Assembly (NCBI GenBank): GCA_963788655.1
Contig: CAWBHS010000058.1
Span: 1 to 64,000, forward strand
Source: an uncultured Verrucomicrobiae bacterium
GTDB lineage: Bacteria > Verrucomicrobiota > Verrucomicrobiia > Limisphaerales > JAFGQR01
Direction: 5' to 3'
Length of the DNA stretch: 64,000 bases
Shown here: positions 58,378 to 64,000 of the stretch, piece after piece
How positions within the stretch are numbered: position 1 is the first letter of the stretch
Layout of the letters: each line of letters begins with the position of its first letter
Notes under the pieces: generated by a model
What the model saw: the letters and a program-made list of their open reading frames with translations, nothing else
Database searches by the model: none
Told to the model about the DNA's origin: nothing
Position numbers and translations under genes: made by a program

Positions 58378-59627
58378 CGTTGCACTTGCGGAGGAGTCGA
58401 ATTCGCAGCGGCGAGGCCTTCACGAACGCGCTGCTCCAGTTCCGCCATGGCCGGCACATTGCGACGGCTGGGGGGTAACTTATCCAAGGCCGCCAAGGCC
58501 TCCTGAAAGGCTTCGGTGGCTTCCTTGGTCCGACCGGCTTGTTGGAGAATTTCACCGCGGCGCACCAACCAGCTTTCCTTGCGCGGGAACTGGGCCATGG
58601 CCCGATCGAGCCGTGCCAGGGCAGCGTCCACGTGATGCTGTTGCAGTTCCACGTCGATCGCCTGCATCTGCAGCGTCACCAGCGGACCAAGCCGGGACAT
58701 ACCTTGGTCCAGCCCCAGCAAGGCAACCGTGAGGTGATCACCCCCTTCGGCGGCCAGTGCTTCGGCGCGTTCGATGAACAATTCCGGACCGGGCGCGGAC
58801 GAGTGATCGATGGCCCGCGCATAATCTTCCGCCGCCGACAAACGTTCGCCCAATTTCACTTTGGCGCGCGCACGGGTGATCAGCGCTTCGACGTGATGCG
58901 GCGTGACCTCCAGGAAACGGTCCGCCGCCACTTTGGCGCTCTCGTACCATCCGGCGTCGAGAAACAAGCGGGCGCGTGCCAGGTGCAGGACCGGCCATTG
59001 ATTGCTCAGCCCTTCCGCCCGCTCGAGGTCGGCCAATGCCGCGTCCCAGGTGCCGTGAGCCTGGTGGAGCAGGGCGCGACGCAAATAGAGCACCGGGTCA
59101 CGCGGCTGTGCTTCGATTTCTTTTGTGAGCAGGAGAATTTGCTCGTGCAGCCCGCCATGGGCCCAGGCGCTGGATACGAATCCGGCACAAAGCCAGATCA
59201 AGGCGAGCGCGGCAACAAGGCGCCAAGTAGTTGCCCTGGGCCGTAGCAATTGAGTAGGACAGGCGTCCCGCCTGTCTCGAACGGCAGCAAGCCGGGGATT
59301 TAGTTTGCGGCGCCAAAACCGCCTCAACGTCATCCAAGAGTGAGGAAAGCCCCGGGTGATTCGAGACAGGCGAGACGCCTGTCCTACAAAAACGCGCGCG
59401 ACAACTGTTCCAATGCACCGAAACAGTACCATTCCTGAATGCCCGACAGTCAGTCGCGTCAGCGTTTGGAGTGCGTCCGGCTTGCCGGCGCTTTCGGCGG
59501 TAACGCGACGTGGCAGTTCCTTCGAGACGTGTCTTGGCTCTTTGCAGGTGCGCCATCCCTTGCGAAAGCGGGAGCAAGCTCCACGCACTCCAGACGCTTC
59601 GCGAGGTACGATGATCACTGTTGTCAT
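58374..59627 (-). CDS. Exported tetratricopeptide repeat protein; REP-derived N-terminal extension, start uncertain
   Basis: Signal peptide ending AWA-H, TPR patterns (LYLRRA..ALADLERA, ALITRARA, WLVRRGEIL). Confidence 0.85.
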   Translation of the reverse strand: MTTVIIVPREASGVRGACSRFRKGWRTCKEPRHVSKELPRRVTAESAGKPDALQTLTRLTVGHSGMVLFRCIGTVVARVFVGQASRLSRITRGFPHSWMTLRRFWRRKLNPRLAAVRDRRDACPTQLLRPRATTWRLVAALALIWLCAGFVSSAWAHGGLHEQILLLTKEIEAQPRDPVLYLRRALLHQAHGTWDAALADLERAEGLSNQWPVLHLARARLFLDAGWYESAKVAADRFLEVTPHHVEALITRARAKVKLGERLSAAEDYARAIDHSSAPGPELFIERAEALAAEGGDHLTVALLGLDQGMSRLGPLVTLQMQAIDVELQQHHVDAALARLDRAMAQFPRKESWLVRRGEILQQAGRTKEATEAFQEALAALDKLPPSRRNVPAMAELEQRVREGLAAANSTPPQVQR

Positions 59628-59672
59628 AATATTCGATGCGGTTTTTGGTCTGTCCCGGCTCGTATTTCCATC

Positions 59673-62600
59673 CTACTGACTGCTCACCCGGATGCGGTAA
59701 AACCGCGCTGGATGTTTTGGATCAAGCGGCACCGTGATAGTTTGTGAACCGGCGGCGAAGGTGAGGTTCGTCCAGTTCTGCCACGGGGTTTGCTCCGTCA
59801 GGTCATCTTTATACTCCACGATATGGTTTACTCCCGGAACGCTCTGGACGATGAAGCTCAAGGAGGTGCCATTGCCGGTAAGGAACGGCGGCTCAATCTC
59901 CGGCGCATCGGGGCCATCAACGACCGACTTCAGCAAAGTGTAGTGGTCGAGGAAGGTGCTGTTGATCCCCAGGAATTTTACGTCGAGCCGGCCGCCGTTT
60001 ACGTCCAGGAGGATCGAGCCGAGTTGATTCAGGGAAATGAAATGGGCCGGGTGATTCAACGGCCCACCCGTAATCTGGCCGCTACTGCCACCAACCATGT
60101 AAACGACGCCTTGCCCCTGGTCGTTTTTGTGATAGGCACCACTGTCCTCTTCTCGTCCGCTGCCCCCGTCGATTTTCATGGCCTCAGTGAGCGTGCTGGA
60201 AAGCCCATAATGACCATTCAGCAGATAGGAGCGTTCGAGGCAATGACTGTGGCCGGAGAGCACCAGGTCCACGCCATAGCTCTCCAAAATCGGGACGATG
60301 TTCTCGCGAAGCTCGATGAGTTCGGTCTCGCGATCGGAGTCGTGGCTGCCTTTCGTGTACGGCGGATGATGGAAGAAGACGACCACCCAATCCTGCATGG
60401 TGGCGGACAGATCGCTTTCCAGCCATTCGGCCATCGAGCTGGTGGCGCTGCGGGTGCTGGTCATCGAGTCCAGGCAGACGAAGTGGACGTTGCCGTAGTC
60501 GAACGAATAGTATTTTTCCGTTCCCGAGGCAATTCCGCCCGCCTCACCGTTCTGGGGCAGGGAAAAAATGTCGAGATACGGAAAGGAGGTGGCCGTGAAG
60601 GACTGATCGGTTTCGTGATTGCCGATGGTAGGCCACAGGAAGAGATTGCGCAGCGTGGAGGGATACATGTCAAACAACGCGATTTGATGCTGCTGATCGG
60701 TCCCGGCCGGATACGCATTGTCCCCCAGCATCATCCAGATGTCCGCGGGCCCGTTGGTGGCGGCAAAGCGGTAATACGCTTCGCGCACGTTGGCCTGATT
60801 GACCTCGCCGGACGCGCCGTAGCCGGCGGTGCCGGAGTCGCCCAACGCCCAAACGCGAATATGTCGGCGGGTGCCGGGCACCGGCGACGTGTTGAACCAA
60901 TAGTTGGAACCGGCCTTGGCGCCGCCCGCCAGTGTGTAGTCCGAACTGCCAATGGCGTAGTAGTATTGCGTGTCGGGCTGCAAGCCGCTGACTTGGACAA
61001 TGTGTTCCGTGGTGATCTCGTTTTGCACGGCGCGGTTCGTCAGACTGTCCAAGTCCGTACCGTAGAGCACAACACCATCCGAACTCTCGCTGGTACGCCA
61101 CCGCACGATGCCGCCGGTGGGGGTGCCGCTTTGGAGGTACGGACCTCGGGTGACCAACGGCAGCGGCAGGTTGGTATCCAGCAGATACGTCCACCCTTCC
61201 CCCGCAAACGGATTGGGCGGCGAAGCCAGGTCGTAAATGTCCAAGGGATCCGCCCAAGACACTTGCACCAGACCCGGCTCGGGTTGCTCGAACAGGAACG
61301 TGTATTCCACACCTTCGTTGCTGACGCTGCTGGCCGGCACGCCATTGAGCAACAGGTCAGCAGCGTCCAACCCCGCCACCCTTTCATTGAACGTCATAAG
61401 AATCCGCGTCAGATTTCGCAACGTTGCTTCCGGTGCCGGATTCACGTTCACCAAGGCCGGTGGAATACTGTCCACGATTTGGTAGGTCCAAGTCGCGCCG
61501 GGCCCGGTGGCATCAAACGGATTATTGACCGGCAAGGCCTGGTCATAAATGCCGTGGCCAGGCGCCCAGCTAACGACTGCCACCGAAGCGTTGGGCGGTG
61601 GAAAAGCAAAAGTATAGGTCGCGCCATCACCACTGACATTCGTCGCCGCCATGCCATTGATGAGCAGGTCACTGGCATCCACTCCCCGTACCGTTTCGGT
61701 GAAGGTAACGGTCACATGGTCAAAGACTGTCACCACGCCGTTCGTGGAAGGATCCTGCGTCGCCACGGTGGGCGGAGTGTGGTCCAGCAACGTGTAGTTC
61801 CACGTCGAGCCGGGGGCGGACGGGGCGAATGGCACCGGCGGATCTTCGGTGTCGGTAATCGCGAGGTCGGAGGCCCACGTTACAAAAACCAGTCCGTACG
61901 GCGGCTGCCCGAACGCAAACGTGTAGGTGTCGCCACTGCCGGTCACCCCGTTGGCGCCCACGCCATTGACTTTCATGTCCCCGGCTTTCACCCCCATCAC
62001 CGGCTCGCTGAACGTCACGGTGATCTGCGTTAGATCGTTGACGGTCGCACCTGCCGCGGGCATCTGGCCAACCACAATGGGCGCGCTGGGATCGAGCAGG
62101 TTGTACTGCCAGGTCGCTCCCGCGCCGGTTCCGTTAAATGTCCGCGCTGGGGTATCGAAGTCCGCGATGCCGTGGCTGGCGGCCCAGGTAATGGCCACCG
62201 TGCCGAACGTCGGTTGCGGGAAGCTGAAGGTATAGACCTCGTTTTCGGCACCGCTGGTGACCGAACGTCGCCGGCACGCCGTTCACCAGGAAGTCCGCCG
62301 CGTCCACACCGCTCACCGGTTCGTTGAAAGTTACGGTAACGTTCGTCAAGTCGAACCGGCTGCCCGCCGGCGGGTTGACGCGAATGACACCCGGCGCAAC
62401 CAGACTGGAATTGTACCGGTAGCAATTAAGCTGGGCATCGAAGTTGAAGTCGTCGTTGGTGGCCGCGTAATTGAAGGCCTGGATGGCCAGAACATTCGTG
62501 CCTTCGTGCAAATAACCAAACGGATCGGGCAAGGCGTAAATGACCGTCGCGGCTCCATACGGAGCCGTTTCGGCGACTTCCGATAGGGCCGTGCCATAGT

Positions 62601-64000
62601 AGGGCAGATCACCCAGCGAGACGTTGTAGCGATACACTTCAACGCCGTTGATCCAGGCGATGAATCCGTCGTCGCTCTGCGCTTTGAGCAGCAGGTTGGT
62701 GATGCTGAGCGCTTTCGTGACCTGGAATTCCTTGCGGAGGAAGAGGCTCGAGTAGTGCTCCCGCATGTCACTGAGCAGCGAGCCGCCTTGGTTGTAGCTT
62801 TCGTAGGGGTCGCCGTAGAACATCGGCGCTGGCAGATCGTCCCAACTCGAGGCATCGAAACCCGGCTCGCGCCAGGCGCTGGATGGTGCGGAAGCTTCGG
62901 CCAGGCCGCGTAACAGACGCCAGGCGCTGTTGGTCTGAATCAACACCGAATTCGCGTTGACCACATACGTCCACGTTGGTGGCGACGGCGCAAAAGCGTT
63001 CGCCGGCGTGGCCTGATCGGTAATGCCATGATTGGAGGCCCACCGCACAATCGTCAGCCCGTACGGCGGCGGCGGGAAGATGAAGGTGTAGGTGGAGCCG
63101 AATCCGGCCACGCCCGTGGCGGGCGCATTGCGCACCAACAGGTCGGCCGCATCCACGCCCACCACCGGTTCGCTGAAGACCACGGTGATTTGACTGAGGT
63201 TGGTCACGCTGGCGCCGACCGGCGGATCAAGCGCAAGCACTGTGGGCGCCACGTTGTCCGGGATCGTATAGCTCCAACGCGCGCCCGCTCCATTTTGATC
63301 GAACGGCAGCGAAGCCGGATAACCCTTGTCGGTGATCCCGTGCGCCGGCGACCAGGTGAGGTAGGTGGAGCCGGGCCCGGGCGGGGTGACGGTGAACGTG
63401 TAGTTGGATCCGTTGCCGTTCACCGCGATGGCCGGCGTGCCGTTGACCAACAAGTCGGCGGCATCCACGCCATATACATCTTCGCTGAACGTGACTTCAA
63501 TGGTCGTCAACTCGGCCAACGTCGCTCCGCGCGGCGGATCGATGACCGCAACGACCGGCGCGATCGTGTTGGTTAGCGGAGGAGTGATGATGACGGTGAA
63601 CACCGGGGACGTTGCCTGCAAGCCCGACGCGTCGAACGCCACCGCCGTCAAATCCGATACCCCAAAAGCGGCATCTGTCCAAACCATGCTGTAGGGGGAG
63701 GTGGCGTCGGTGCCAATCAACGCGCCGTTCGCCAGGAACTGCACGTTGGTGATCCCGGCCACCGAGCTGGCCGTGGCGGCAATCTCGAGATCGGTGAACC
63801 CGAAGAAGTCGTCTTCGTGCGGCTCGGTCAGTACGATGTATGGCTTGGCGCCGACTTCCTCCAATCGCACCGCCACCGGCGCGTAGGCATAAGGCCCGGG
63901 CGGATCATTGCCCGGGGCCGGTCCCTGATAAAGCGTGGATACGATGGTAAACGTGCCATCCACGCCCGGCGCAATGTCGTCCCAGCCCACCACGTCGCCG
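59673..64000 (-). CDS. Large secreted purple-acid-phosphatase-like metallophosphoesterase with Ig-like repeats; 5'-truncated, frameshift near 62250
   Basis: GDSG, LGDNAY, GNHE, FHHPPY, SGHSH motifs; RGPYLQ FN3 domain; about 6 'VTFSEPV.GVDAADLLVNG' repeats; SDDGFIAWINGVEV domain. Confidence 0.9.

Overview
High-GC bacterial chromosomal window; gene content, REP families and C-terminal 'RFYR' domains suggest Verrucomicrobiota (inference). It is probably an imperfectly polished long-read assembly, because essential genes (gyrA, gyrB, rho) carry many single-base frameshifts. In order it contains: the tail of a polysaccharide locus (flippase, GT2), a large TPM-like coiled-coil protein, an RND efflux operon, a DUF3516-type DEAD/DEAH helicase, gyrBA, a membrane-fused spermidine synthase-like gene, cysK, a candidate 6S-like RNA, a short rho plus WYL regulator, trpB2 with an SphA-type channel, a nucleotidyltransferase-like gene, an integrase-less integron cassette array (promoter, attI-like site, 3 cassettes, 3 attC) next to a phage terminase remnant, a MacAB-TolC-type exporter, a 10-gene surface-glycosylation locus downstream of tRNA-Leu(TAA), and a purple-acid-phosphatase/TPR/HupE cluster. 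Most notable: (1) a Vibrio cholerae O1 wbeKLMN-like acyl-reduction module coupled to a GtrB/GT-C type lipid-linked transfer system; (2) the orphan attC array with unknown cassette proteins; (3) palindromic REP-doublet elements inserted in frame inside protein-coding genes, some nested; (4) inverted heptamer arrays. No database searches were run; calls rest on motifs read from the sequence.
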